DNA of 64,000 nucleotides from Guillardia theta CCMP2712 (Eukaryota > Protista > Cryptophyta), in assembly GCF_000315625.1 (NCBI RefSeq), contig NW_005434641.1, forward strand, positions 604,918 through 668,917. Reading direction: 5' to 3'. How positions within the stretch are numbered: position 1 is the stretch's first letter; every line of letters starts with the position of its first letter. A program made the position numbers and the translations under genes. Shown here in pieces: positions 15,602 to 28,703 of this stretch. The notes under the pieces are model-generated. The model made no database searches. It was not told the origin of the DNA and saw only the letters and a list, made by a program, of their open reading frames with translations.

Positions 15602-16899
15602 ATGAGGAAGAAGATGCGCATGATGAGCTTGTGAGACTGAAGGCTAGTCGTACATCAGTGCGAGATTTCATATCACTTGAGTATTCAGACTTTCACTGTG
15701 TTTATCCTTTCTCTCTTGAATCTTTACATCCCGAAATGCTTTCTTTCGGATCTTTTGCTGCTGTTTCGGGGAAGTGTGATGAAGAGACAAGTCAGCGCTC
15801 GTTCAATCTATTCGCACAGAGCAATGAGCAAACGGAATCTAAAGATGCAAACTCAATCAATCCAATGAACTTTTCACTAGCTCCTGATCGCATATTCAAT
15901 TCTAGCAGTCCAAAGAAGGAAGGGGACGAAAAGCAGCTCGATTTTTCGTTCGCTTCGCTCCAGCAAAAATCAGTTTGCAGCAATCCATCCAATCTGCATT
16001 CAAACATATTCAATTCACCAATCCCTGTCTCCGAGAAGCCTCCCAGATATCCTGGCAATCCTGGAAAAACGCAACAGAGCCATATAAAGAGGACTCTGTT
16101 GGACACTTCTTCTGGAGTAGATGATGATGGTGGTAACAGATCTGAGATCAATATGTCAGAAAATAGTCTAGAAACCATCGAGGAAAATAGTGCCGATCCG
16201 ATTCCAGAGCTTCCATGCCCTGGCCCTTCTGTATCACAAGACTTTTCATGTTTACTGAAGCTCAATCTCGCAGCTCCCAAAGTAATGATTTATTCCTGAT
16301 TTATTTATTCTTTATTCCTTCCTCGAAAAATAGAAAATTGACATCGTCTTCAGACCAGCAATCAGAATGCAAAAGAGGATCTGATGACTGAATTTGCTTT
16401 CAAAAGCTCTGAAGATCGAGAAGACGTCTCCAAAAATTATCTTATTAGCCAATCTAAATCAGCACCAAAGCTGAAGGATCAAGATTCGACAATGGATGAA
16501 TGCGAAGACTGTTCTGAGAGGTAATGATCAAACTGGTTTCTTATGTTTTCATTCAACTGCATTATCTAGTGCTGAAAGCTGGGATAAGAAAATCGAAGAA
16601 ATGTTGGTATCAACTTCAAAGTCAGAGAATTCCTTGAAGGAATTGCACGCATCGATCGATGAAGCGAACGAACAAGCCGAAATGCTTCTGCTTAGAGTCT
16701 CAGCGCACACAGCTGAAATCTGTTTCATGACTGGACCACACATGCGAGACATGATCGAACGTCGTTTGGATGAGCTAGACAGCCTTGTGAATGAGAAAGA
16801 GGTTAATTTGGGTCCTTGTGATATCTTGCACTGATTGCACTCCATCAGCAAGAAGGGATTAAGCTGGAGTGTTCGGCATTGGTAGATATGCAAGAGTAG
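15602..16899 (+). CDS. Hypothetical protein with Ser-rich N-terminus and C-terminal coiled coil
   Basis: Long open exon to 16281 plus short exons (SLKELHASIDEANEQAEMLLLR, MRDMIERRLDELDSLVNEKE). Confidence 0.55.
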
Positions 16900-17025
16900 A
16901 CGACATTGTATGCTTTGGGCTTTTCTCGGGTTCCAGACTCTTGTTTGGATTCATCAAGAGCTAGAGCGAAATAAACTTTAGTGGCTGACTGGAATGCTGC
17001 TCCAACCAAGCAAAATTCAAAGTTC

Positions 17026-18970
17026 TCAGTTCTCATTGTCGCTGTCTGAATCAGCTTCCGAATCGGAATCATGCCAAGCGTCGGAGGAGAAGTTTCCACG
17101 CTGCAGACGCTTCCATGAACCCAAAGCAAGTCTATCTTTCTCTTCGCTACTCAACCCGACCGGGATGGACCAAACATCGTCAAGCGTCACCTCCTGCTTG
17201 CAAGTGAGCCAAGAAGATGTCTGGGCTCGCTCACCTTCTCTTTGTTGTTCTCTGACTTCTCCTCTCGAACGCCTCCGAACATAAAGATTTGCCCCAATTT
17301 CGAATGCACAATCTACGCAAGGATGACCCAAGATGAGAAGACCAAGGGTATTTCAAACCTGGGCGTTTCTCCTTCCCATTGGCTTCGGCTCCTCAGCAGG
17401 GTTTCCTTGGGACGTTCTCTCGGCCTTCGGGATGCTCCATTGCCTCGCGTCCATGTTGAAGCAGAAGAAGTCGGCATGGAAGGAAGAGGTCGGCTTGGAA
17501 CCTGCTCATCACTCAGCCAGTCATGGGCGCGGCCACAACCCTCTTGACCTTGCGGGGCGACTTGATCGGAAACGCCTCCAAACAGCACGGCGTCTCTCTT
17601 CGCCTCTCCCACCAGAGTCACGGCAAGCCCACTGTGGGCAGACTCAGCACTGAACAACCAACGTGGCAAGGCACCACCTCCTCTGACCCGGATGCTGTCC
17701 TTTGGCATCCGTCACGCGCTCCCAAGTGTAACTAGAGGCGTCGAGTCTCCAAAGGTCTTCGAGAGTTTCTGCCCGTAAGATCAGCGAGGAGAGGACGAGG
17801 GAGGATCGATTGCTCTCGGGCCACCTGTATCGTTCCTCCCCCGAGCTCTCGTCCCTCCGTAAATGAAGATTCCCTGATGGATGTAAGATGCTTCCTCTCT
17901 CCCTCATAGCATCATCACGTCTTCCTTGTCGTTCCACATCACATACCCGCTGGAGTTGGACATCAGTGACTGATTGACCACCGGGACCTCACTCTCACCT
18001 GCGAGGACCAGGAGTCGGGCTGTTGTTCTTCTTCTGCAGGATCTGAACGGTTCGACTGATCCACTTTTTCTGGTCCACGTCGAACACCTTGAAAGTTATG
18101 GTCAGCAGCAGCAGATCAAGAGCAGGAGGAGACAATGTTGGAGTACATGGAGATCTTGAAAGTACTTGTCGTCGCCCATCCCACCATAGATGAAGATCTT
18201 CCCCTCGATCGCTGTCATTCTCGCCCCGCTCCGCGGCCCAGGCGCATCCTTGTCCTCCGAGATTTTCTGCCATTTCCCCGTCGAATGGGCTGAGAGGTCC
18301 AACCTCCAAAGGTCGTTGTACAACTTGAACTTGGAGCCGTTGGGCGACGAGCTCTCACCCCCGAAGACGAAGAGAGAGTCTCTGCAGATGCAAGCTTGAT
18401 GAGCCGACCTCGCACTCGGGGTGTTGCCCTCCGGGAAGTTCTGCCTTGACCAAGAGTTGAGGAGGAGGTCGTAGAGGTACAGCTGGTTGTAGAAGAGGTT
18501 CTTCTTGCCGTCATAGTGCTCTCCCCCAAACATGGCAGCCTTTGACCCCTCGACTTGGCCAACGTTCTCCAAGAGCGTCACACTGGCATAGGACCTTGCG
18601 CTCGGTTCTTCTACCACGCAGTTTGCAAAGAGCTTTGCGGGGGCTTCTGAAACTGCAGATTCCTCCCCCGGGGCGTTCTCACCCGACGCAACATGTGCAG
18701 ACGAACAAGGGTCCTGCTGCAGGTCTGCCATGGCCTGTAGGACACCACTTTGATCAGTCTGAAAGCTGAATGCTGGTCATTCACCTTCTTGACTCGCTTC
18801 TCCGAGAGCTCCCACCCCCTCTCTTCCTTCAAGGTGTTGCGTATCCGCGCGATGCCGAAGTCCGGGTGCTCTTCCTTCAGCTTCGATACATGAGCGCATG
18901 AAGGCAGGTAGTCCCAACGCCTCACCTTCCTCACAGCGGCAAGAAGGTCTTCATGGCTGGGTGTTGACAT
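17026..18970 (-). CDS. Kelch-repeat protein (KLHDC4-like) with small N-terminal helical domain
   Basis: Repeated P.ARS/PRSG...FGGE...YNDLWRLD units (PSARSYAS..MFGGEHYDGKKNLFYNQLYLYD; PSARSAHQA..FVFGGE..LYNDLWRLD; PGPRSGARM..IYGG); acidic C-terminus. Confidence 0.88.
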
Positions 18971-19049
18971 CTCCTTTCCTGACAAACATTGTGAGCTATC
19001 GTCGGGTCCCGCCATCCTGTCTGCTCGCAGATCTGATCTCAGTGGAGCC

Positions 19050-21460
19050 CCTCTCATCGACTCGTTGCTCAGAATCAGACCCTCCCTTCCTAATCTCTTC
19101 ACTTACAAAGAACCATCCCCAGGGGTCGTTCAGACCTTCACACCCGTGCTACTTGCATGACGTCAACTCCGCTGACTGGCTTCCTGCACCATGTACTCTC
19201 GATTGCAGCCCCCCCCTCATCTTTCCTGGGCCTCAACCCTCATGGTCCTCCGATGCACATTCCGGCCTCCGGTCTCCCAGCTTCCGTCGGTTCACACATT
19301 CCAAACCGTGAGTGCTGCCTCGAGTCACCACGGGCCGGCCGGTGCGGCCTGGAACATACAAAAAGGTGGGGTGGGGGTACGGACAAAATCTCTATTTCCA
19401 GAGGAGTAGGGTGGTAGTTGTTTGCTTATGGGTCCTAGGAGTGAGAAAACTTGCCCCTACCCTTTGCAGGTATTCTACTTACCCCACCCTACCTACTCAA
19501 AATACATTTCAAATGACCCCCTACCCACTGCGAATACTACAATACGGACCCTACCTCCAACGGTGAACCCTTCAAAATCCCTCAGTACCGCTCAGGAGAT
19601 CTCGTGAGCATAGATCACAATGTTTCAAGGGAGATTTGTACCGGAGTTATCACTATAATGAAATCTCAAGCGAGATTGGGTATCCCGTCGGAATTCAGTG
19701 GGTCGTATATCGAACCATTGTAGAATTGAAACTTTTCAAGGTACATTCAATTAGCGAAAAGGATCAAGTTTGAGAACATCTAAAATCGAGATCTGTCAGC
19801 ATCGATCTCGCAAAGGTTCAGATTTATTTCCGTCGAATGGCCGCACCCACATGCTATCAAAAGTTCGTATTCCGCCCCTTTTGATCAGTTTTCTCAAGGA
19901 TTTGACGAACTTTGTGAGGGTTGTAGATAAATTGTTCACGAAAAGTACGGTATAATATCGCCAACCAGGGTTGTCCATAGCTGATCGCCCGACCAACCCA
20001 CTCGGCCACCTCGTGAAATCCCTTTCAAAGTAACAAAACCCCACCCCTACCCCCATGTGAATCTCGAAGTCTACCCGTAACTTTCCCAGGACCCCCCTCA
20101 ACATTGCTACCCAAACAAACCGTATCTTGGTTTCCTTGACCCCACCCCTACAGGGAACATTACGACCAAAAAACAAAGGTCGCTTCCTCTGCACGAACGG
20201 GTACTGACATGGTAAAGTGATGGGGTACAATAGGTCGGGTGGTGGGGTCGCAGCAGGAGTCATAAGTGGGACATACAAGGATGTGGGGGCGACAAATCTC
20301 AACTAAAATACTTTTCTTATTCTTAAATATACTTTTAGAATCAAAAGGATTTAATAGATTTTTTTAAAAAAAAAGATATAGTTGGTTTAAAACTATACAA
20401 TGGGCTTCAAAACGTTCTAGCAATAAATGTAGTACCAAGTATATATTAGTTTTAGTTCTGAGAATAAGATTCGAAACGTTCCTTTTTCGGCTCTCTAAAA
20501 CAGTTGTTAGGTCGCGAGACTCAAGGCTGTCGCCAGACCCGCGTGACCACCCACCCTTCAGTCATCCTTGACCCCCACCCCCCTCTCCGACAGCTTTCTA
20601 CACCTGCTGTATGGACAGACACCCGTTCTTTTGTCAATTCAGATTAGAGCACCCCTACCATTTCTCATCCACCCGTACGACTTACAAACTCCATGAAAGC
20701 CTACCCACCCCTACAGCCAGAGGAACATGTTCAACCCACAGCGGTTCTATCTGCCTTCTGCCGAATTCGTTCCTTGTGACCCCTATCATCTGGTGACTTG
20801 ATGTGTTTGGGGAATGTTCCCTCCATACCGCCTCTCTTGTCACTTCACAACTTTGTCCCCACCCCTACCTGATCCCCTGAAATTCCTACCCCCTTTTTCT
20901 GAAATCTGCCCCCTTTTCACCCCTGGTGAGTCACCCCCACCCCTTAGTTTCTAAATACATCATCGGCTACCCGTCAATCTATTTCCAACTTGTCAGGCAC
21001 CCCCGTTTCTTGGCTGGTCCCCAATTGCCTTTCGACGGGGTGGTTTTGTGAAGGTGGGGTGATCTCCAATATCACCAAATTGGCTCCTATACCCCGTCAA
21101 ATGCTCTGAATTGGTACAAATATATCAGTCACTTTTCTCATGAAATCAATAAATAGTAATGGAATCTGAGGGCGCATTCAGAGTTGTGTAAAATATTTCA
21201 AATTTGTACCTAAAGTTTTGTAGTTTACTCAATAAAGAGTAAATTTAGTACTGTACAATCAATGGGTCATGGTGGGTCTTTTCTGTGGGTCATGCAGCAG
21301 ATTGAAATGCAATAATGGGGTATATTTTTAAGAGAGCCGACAAGATTTTTGAGAGTGGGGGGGGGGAGGGGGGGTGGTTGACGAAGGGTAAGGGTACAGG
21401 GTGGGAAAGATGCAAAAGATGGCAATGGAAAGCGAGACATTGGAGTGGGGGAAGACGTGG
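19050..21460. promoter_or_regulatory. ACCCC/CCTACCC-rich intergenic block (G-rich on minus strand) with AT-rich cores
   Basis: Between divergent Kelch and MYB genes; same vocabulary as 6380-8170, mostly on the opposite strand. Confidence 0.45.
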
Positions 21461-21885
21461 AAAGAGGGAGAGATTAGACCAAGTGTGTTCACATTGAGTT
21501 GGTTTTTTATTTCGTATCAGTTTGTTGAAGTGTACTGGTATTGAGATATGGAGAAACATGGGAGTTTGGACTCATAGTTGTAACTAGGAACAACCTATTT
21601 TGATTTGGCAAGGTTTCCTTGTATACAGAGTCTGTTGATGTTGCCGGGTTGAAAAATAGTTCTTGTTAGATAGTATTACAGAATTCGAGTTGTCAGGAAT
21701 AGTTTACCGAGAAAACGGTGACTTGTGGCTGAATGATTCTCGCAGGTTTACAGCAGCGGTCAACTGGAATGTGTTTTGCTGAAGCGATTCAGCCAGACTT
21801 ATTCAAAATCCCCTAATCTCCTTCTTGAGACAATCTTTCATCCGACAATACAGCAGGAACATCTCACAAATACTCTTTAGTCTAG

Positions 21886-23832
21886 ATGGAGAGCGGATGG
21901 CATGTAGGCATCGGCATTATGCCTGATGCTGCAGCAGCTAATCACATTGCTTCTAACCACGCGCATAGGGCTTCTCGGTTTGGGGATGTTGGTGGCCAGT
22001 TGGATGGCGTCCAGGCATCTCTAAAACCTCCTCATCCAGTGAGCAGATCAAAGATTCCTGAGCATGAGTTTCCGGCTGTTCCGGCGCAACTCAACACCCC
22101 TCATTCTGCAGCTATGGCATCGATGGCTTCAGTGGCTCATCAGCCGGGATATGATCTAGGTCCGTTCAAAGCTCCTCCCAACCCACATGGCATTCCATAT
22201 TATTACCCCGGGGGCTTTGGCCATTTCGATGCAGCAGCGGCAGCAGCGCTCCCTTCGGAAAGCGCAATGCAGGGGGCAGGCCCGATGGGGTATCACATGC
22301 TGCCGAATGGCAAGCGACCGAGAGAGGCTATTGAAGGAATCAATGTACCTGCTGGTGCCCACCAAGATGCTTTGATGGAACTTGCAAGAGAGAATTTGCT
22401 TCTGAAGCATCAGTTGCACGTTGCCTCGCTTGAGGTCAACAGGCTGAAGCAAGTGTGTGAGAACTACGAGCTTCTCCAGCAGGACAAGAAAGATGCGAAT
22501 TGCAAGTCTCAGAGTCGATACTGGACAGACGAGGAGCATCAAAGATTTCTTGATGCTATTCAGAAATTTGGGTAATGATTGTTTGGCATCTGATTATGAC
22601 GGCTGACGAAGGGAGTGCAGGCACAAAGACGTGAAGGCTATTTCGCAGGTTGTGGGCACAAGGAGCGCAACGCAGGTACCCTGCCTACTGGGAGATGGAA
22701 GGACCAAGCCTTATATTTGTAATCAGGTTCGGACTCACGCTCAAAAGTACTTCATGAGGCTTGCTCGCTCGAGCAAACAAGAATCGAACAGTCTGGACAA
22801 CTCGAATCCTGACCAAGGTCTTGGCTCATTTTTCAGAGGGAAAAAGCTGACGGGGGACACACAGACCCGTCGGAGGTTACTGAAGATCAGGCGAACACAT
22901 CTATGGAGGCGGCAGCGGCTGCTGCAGCTGCGGCTGGTTCGCAAAATGATTGTGGTTGTTATGAAATTGACGATTTACATAGGTGAGGCAGGAACTTCTG
23001 CTGCTGCTGCCGCGGCTTTCGTTGCAGCAACAAACAGTAAACAGGTAAGAAGGGCATGATGCATGCTACTGGTGTGATGATTTGGTGCAGGGAAGTACGA
23101 TTTCCAAGCAACGATCACAAAGCAAGGTGATATTTCACGATACTCCGTTAAATGCGTTGTTTGACTCTTATGAAACAGCCACATGTACAGATTGAGTTGG
23201 ATGGGAATGAAGAAGTCAGTATTCCTAATCACATGCAAGTGGAAAGACCATTCAAAGCCACTCGAAAGGTTTTGATACCAACTTCCTGCTTGCTCGAAGC
23301 TAACTGTTGGACAGGGTCCTGGTTCCCCTGGGTCCATGGACAGTAGGTAAAGACAAAATTTTTCCTCATAGACCCTCCGCTCACTCTTTCGTTGCAGTGG
23401 CTCTGTTGGGAGCTCTGATGGCACTTCCAACGGCAATGGGTCGCAGGGCAAGCAGTCGTCCGATACGACCAACGGGAACGGCTCGGCTAGATCGAGCAAC
23501 AGCAACGGGCACAGCAACGTGGTGAGGCTTCTGCCATTGCTTTCACTTGTTCTGACCCTAGGAACGAACAGGGGAGCTCTTCCGACAGAGGGGACAGGTG
23601 TGCCCACATCTCGTGCAATCATGCGTACTCACGAACATGTGCAGCAACAACGGGGCGTCGTCTAACGAGGGATCGGACCCAGGCTTCTTCGATCCTGTGA
23701 GGCAGAATGTGAGTGATGAGGCCTGTTATGACTTTTTGTTCTACCCAGGGGGCCGAAGACGAGGACAACTTTGCGGATGAGCTTGCAGGTGAAAGCAGCT
23801 CATTCTGTATGCTGGCTCCTGATGGTGTTTGA
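21886..23832 (+). CDS. MYB-related (SHAQKYF class) transcription factor
   Basis: RYWTDEEHQRFLDAIQKFG|HKDVKAISQVVGTRSATQ|VRTHAQKYF; preceded by a heptad-like helix; Ser/Gly/Asn-rich tail. Confidence 0.93.
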
Positions 23833-24164
23833 CCAGATCAAGGACTTTGATATCAACAAAGTCTGCCCTCAACTTGACAAGCTGAATGGATCTTTGGATG
23901 TAAATGAGACTGCAAGAGGAGCAGACCTCGACGAAGTCTGCATTGTACAAACTTGTTCTCAAGTATTGTTGTTTTGTAGAAATATAATGAAAGCATGTTT
24001 CGCCCACGAACACCTCGCAAGAGGCTCGTGGGGAACAACAGAAGTAATAATACCACTGAACAAAACCTTCACTCTACAATCAGACTAGAAAGAGCTATGA
24101 GTGTAGCATGCATCGAAATCTGCATGAGCCGAGAAACGGGTTGAATCTGGGTGTGGGAAGGAGA

Positions 24165-24947
24165 TCAGGGGTCGCTATGTAGCTGTGCATCCTGTTCTAT
24201 CTTCTTCACCGTCATCGTCTTGACGATCTTCTTCCGTCTCATTATCGGCGCTTCAGCTTGTGGAGGACCGGCTAGAGCGGTGGATCCTTCACCGTCGCTG
24301 CCTTCCCCCCCCTCGCCGCACTCCTTTTGCTTCCAAGTGGATCTGCAAATCTTACAGTTCCTCCAGTACACCTTGTGCAGGCAGATATGTCTCCCTCCGC
24401 ACATCGCGCATGTCGACTTGAACGTGTTGTGCATGCAGATCGACGACCCTCCGCACTCCTTGCACGTTATCCTCAGCCTCGAGTGCTCGCATATGGACGA
24501 GCCCCTGCATTCTCTGCATCTGCTCCTCCTCCTGTCGTGCTCACATATCGAGGATCCTTTGCACTGCCTGCAGCTGGTCCTCTGTCTCTGATGCTCACAG
24601 ATGGCCTTGCCCCCGCACAATTTGCACCTCCTCCTCTCGCGGTCGTGCTCGCAGTATGTGATGGAGCTCTTTGGTTTTATCAAATGACATTGTCTGCACC
24701 TGTACTTTTGTTTGCCGTGCTCGCAAATGTGTTGCTTCTTTGGCTTCTTCTCACTCTGTCCCAGAACCTTTCCCTCGCCTCCTGCTTGCCGACTCCTTCT
24801 CGGCTTTTTCTTTTCCTCTACCTGCTCTACCTCTCCCTCCTCTCCCGCTCCCTCCTCTCCCTTCCTCCTCCCCCTCTTTCTCTTCCCTTCTTCTGCATCT
24901 GTCTGACTCGAACCCTCCATGTTCTTCCATACCCCTTCATCCTTCAT
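24165..24947 (-). CDS. Intronless Cys/His-repeat (CEHxRxRxxCxxCxGxxIC) putative zinc-binding protein
   Basis: About seven tandem ~18-aa units plus basic NLS-like segments in a 260-aa ORF. Confidence 0.8.
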   Translation of the reverse strand: MKDEGVWKNMEGSSQTDAEEGKRKRGRRKGEEGAGEEGEVEQVEEKKKPRRSRQAGGEGKVLGQSEKKPKKQHICEHGKQKYRCRQCHLIKPKSSITYCEHDRERRRCKLCGGKAICEHQRQRTSCRQCKGSSICEHDRRRSRCRECRGSSICEHSRLRITCKECGGSSICMHNTFKSTCAMCGGRHICLHKVYWRNCKICRSTWKQKECGEGGEGSDGEGSTALAGPPQAEAPIMRRKKIVKTMTVKKIEQDAQLHSDP

Positions 24948-25183
24948 CGCCGTCCCTCGTTCCGCCCTCTCACTTGTTCAACCATCGAGCGTCCTTCCTA
25001 CCTTGGTCCGTTGTCGTTCCTGAAGGTGATGAATAAAACATTTTGTAACGTTCTCAACGGTCGTCCGAAAATAGCTCCATGGCGCCATTCCAAATAGGAG
25101 GGTAGGAGGAGGGGCGATTGTAGTGGTTAACGAGGAGAGGAGAGAGGACAAGGAGGGAAGAAGCTCAGAACGAGCTGAATATC

Positions 25184-26625
25184 TTGACCAACACACATCA
25201 GGGAGCAGAAGGCTTTGACTGGGGCTTGTTGATGAATATGCACAACAATTCAAGCACGAGCTCTGGTGAAGAACGGCAGGTCTATGACGATACTGCAAGC
25301 TGTATTGCCGTATCGTCTCAGCGTGAAGATGGTCATGAACACGATATACAGCTTTCTTCGACAGCTGCCAGCACACAATGGTTTTCTAGCATGCGATCAC
25401 GAAGCGTCTGCGTGCTAGCAGTAGCCCTTGTTGCTCTTGTTCTCTCGTTCCACGTGTCCTCTAAGACTGACTCCCGTCCTTCTGCGCTCTCCTCTGTCAT
25501 TCTCTTCCTGTCGCCCAAGATCGCTCGGGACCTTGAGTTGGCAAAGAGATCCTCGGAGTCCAACGAGGGGGTGAGGAGGAGGATCGATGACGAGGTGAGG
25601 AACAGCGAGGAATGGGGGAAGCGGAAGCTGAGGGACATGGTGGCGAGACTGTTCAGGGCGATCACTGCCATGGACGAGAAAGTGAGTAGACAGCACGACT
25701 CGCTGAAGCAGGAGCTCGACACTGTGCGGGCACAAGGGTACACGAAGAAGGAGGTCCAAAACCTGATTCAAAGCACTCAGAAGGAGGTGGAAGGAAGGAT
25801 CATGGACGCTTCGAAGGAGCTCAACACGGTTATATCAGGGGAGAACAACATCAGGAACATCATCAACGGGCAGGAGAGCCTCGACGACAAGCAGCACTCG
25901 CACGTGCTGACGGAGGTTGAAAGGATGGAGGCCAAGGAGAAGCTCTTGGGAGAGGAGATGGCGGGCATCAAGGACCGGGAGAGGAAGTGGATGATCAAGA
26001 AGAGCGACGGAGCTGCGGAGCTTTCGGCAACCGAGGGATCAGCAGCAAGCAAAGAAATGCTGCTGATCCTTACAGGGCTCGGAGTACAGGAGAAGCTTGA
26101 CGGCTGGTGCAATACGGGTAAGGAGGAGGAGGAGGAGGAGGAGGAGGAGGAGGATGCTGACAAGCACGCAGAGTCCAAGTGTGAGATCAAGACAGAAAAG
26201 GACGTGAAGCTGCTGGCCAGGTCTGACGGGAGTGGATGAGGCGTTTGATCCCGCGGAGCGAAGGAGAGGGGGAAGGAAAGATGATGAGGAAGATTGGGAG
26301 GAGACGGAAGGGAAAGAGGACGAGGAGCCTGATACGTTGCTGCAGGTTCGCTGCTGGCAGTGACGACAGCACGTTCAAGTGGAGATGTTATGCTCCGTCA
26401 AGCCTCACGCCTGATCTGGTTAGAGGAGGAGGAGGAGGAGGAGGAGGAGGCTGACAGAGAAGGACAGGGCTCGTATTCTAAGGGCAAGGATTACTGCACC
26501 AAGGATAAGGAGCTGCAGGCACAAATGGAGCAGGTGAAGCCACAAGAAAGGAAGAGGATGGGGAGAGTGGAGGGGGAAGGGGACGCAGAGGAAGAGGAGG
26601 TAGCGAGGAGGATGAAAGAGGTGTA
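25184..26625 (+). CDS. Hypothetical single-pass membrane protein with coiled coil and Cys-containing C-terminus
   Basis: Hydrophobic VCVLAVALVALVLSF; long coiled-coil-like ORF; short downstream exons (FKWRCYAPSSLTPD, SYSKGKDYCTKD). Confidence 0.55.
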
Positions 26626-26675
26626 ACCTGTTTGTGTTGACTCCGCTAGGCTCTCAAAGCTGTCAGCGCGAGGGA

Positions 26676-28703
26676 TGTGCAGGAGCAAAACCTTCCTGCG
26701 GTAGGGCCTGCGAGGTTGGTCGTTGGGATGGTTGATGAGGATGCAGGTGGTCGACCGTCTGCAGAAGAAATCTTCGATGCTGGAGCAGAAGCAGGTGAGG
26801 GGGAGCGGGGGATGAGGAGAGGGAAGGAGATAGTGGAGAAGAGGGCCAGAACGAGGTGGGGCAAGGAGCGCAAGGGGATGAGGAGTGGAAGAGATGGGAG
26901 TGGAGAATGGAAAGCAGGCATCTCCTAATCATGTTGGTGGTAGAAATCTTTCGCCGGGAAGCTGAAGATCGTAGGGGAGGATCTGAACTTCTTCGAGACC
27001 AAGTCCTCCAAGCTCAAGGAGGAGGAGAAACAATCGACGACGAGCCTGGTCAGACCTTGATGCTGCTGCTCCCAACCCTGAAAGTCCTTCCAGGACCTCA
27101 ACAATCATGCCATCGCCACCATCGACAGGAGCGTGGAGGCGCTCAGAGGCAAACTTGCTCAGGTTTGCCTTTCTCCCCTCTCCCTCTCCTCCTCTGCCTT
27201 CCTTCCTCCTCTCCTCGTCCTGCCTTCTCTCTCCTGCTACTTTCCTCCTCTTCCCAAGTGTTTGGCTCTGAGACTGAGGAGATTGTTTGTTCTGGTAGCT
27301 CCAAGCCCAGCTGAAGTCAACAAGCAGCAATCTCAAAGAGGAAGAAAAGAACAACAAGAAGGTGAGAAGACAGCAATGGCTACTGACACGTCGACAACTC
27401 TTTACGTTGCAATGCAGCAAACGATCAGCCTCTTGTCCTCACGGGTCAAGAAAGTTTTCAACTCAGCAGAGGTGAGTGGGACGTATAAACGAGTGAAGGC
27501 AGAGAAGGAAATGTCTTACTGCCGACAATGCTCGGAAACAACCTTGTGTGGGCAAGGAGAGGAGGGTCAGGATACGAAGATAAGAGGAGGAGGGTAGTGA
27601 GCCAACATAGCTGGACATGGAGGCTGTAGCAGGAAGAGGAGCTTGTTCATGCTTGACTTAAACATCGCAGAAGGACCTCTCGCGCGTTCGGCTCAGCGTC
27701 GACCAACTCCAGCAGCATCTGGTCAGCTGTAACTGTCCTGCTCTGCTCCAGCTGATGTTCAGCTAGCTCAACTCAACTCAATCGCTGGAGCGCAAGATCG
27801 ACAAGATACAGCAAGGAGGCAAACCAAGCGAGGTGAACCGACACCGTCAAATACGACACCCTAAACCCTCTATCCTCCTCCCTTCCTCCCTCCCTTCCTC
27901 GTCTGTTTCTCTCTCCTCTCTTCCTCCCTCCCTCCCTCGTCTGTTTCTCTTTCCTCCCTCTTTCTGCATCAGATTCCTGATGAACCAAGCTGCTGCTCCT
28001 CGTCACTCCTCACTTGCCTGGCAGATCCTCTTGAAGCTGTTCCCGCACGGAGCAGGAAAGTTCTCCGTCTCCGGCATGCAGGTGCTTGCTGCTGCCTCTC
28101 CCCCTATACCCTCAAACGTCCAGCAGGTGGAGGAAGCGACTTCGTTGAAGGACACGGCCGCTGCTCCTCCTCCCTCTCAACCTGATCATCAGCCTCATCC
28201 ACCTGCCACAGCTCGAGCAGCGTCTGCTGCTGCTGCTGCTGTTCATCCTTCCTCTCCCCGTCGAGCGTCATACAATGGAAGCAAGCGCGATGCTGAGAAG
28301 CCTCACTCGGTAGGAGCACTCACGACTGTACCTCCCTGCCCTCCCCCATGCCCCGTTCTTGCTCCTTCTGCTACCCCCTCCTCGATCTGCTCCCTCCTTC
28401 TCCTCCCTCTCTTCTGCTACCCCTTCCTCTCTCTTCTCCTGTCTATCCTTGTTTCTCATAAGCTCTCAGGTTGTGCAGCATGCTGCTGTCAAGCAGGAGC
28501 CCAAGGCTTCAACTTACCACCGTCCCAAGGTAAGCAGTCTTGCGTGAAGGACGGAGGGAAGGAGAGCGAGGGGGGGCGGAAGGGAGGGGAGGGCAAGAAG
28601 GGTTGGAAGGAGCAGGAATGGAGCTAACGTTTGTTCAGGGCTGTCTTATTCATCTCTCCGGGGTTGTCCATGGACTGGAGGCTGGGAATAGTATCGAGTG
28701 TTG
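26676..28703 (+). CDS. Multi-exon hypothetical coiled-coil protein
   Basis: Exons flanked by GT/AG (SVEALRGKLAQ, MQQTISLLSSRVKK, ARSTRYSKE region); boundaries approximate. Confidence 0.4.

Noticed and set aside
19796-20302. 168-aa ORF and other ORFs inside the GGGT- or CCGG-rich intergenic blocks, considered as transposase or viral genes
   Set aside because: No recognisable motifs; their composition simply mirrors the DNA bias.
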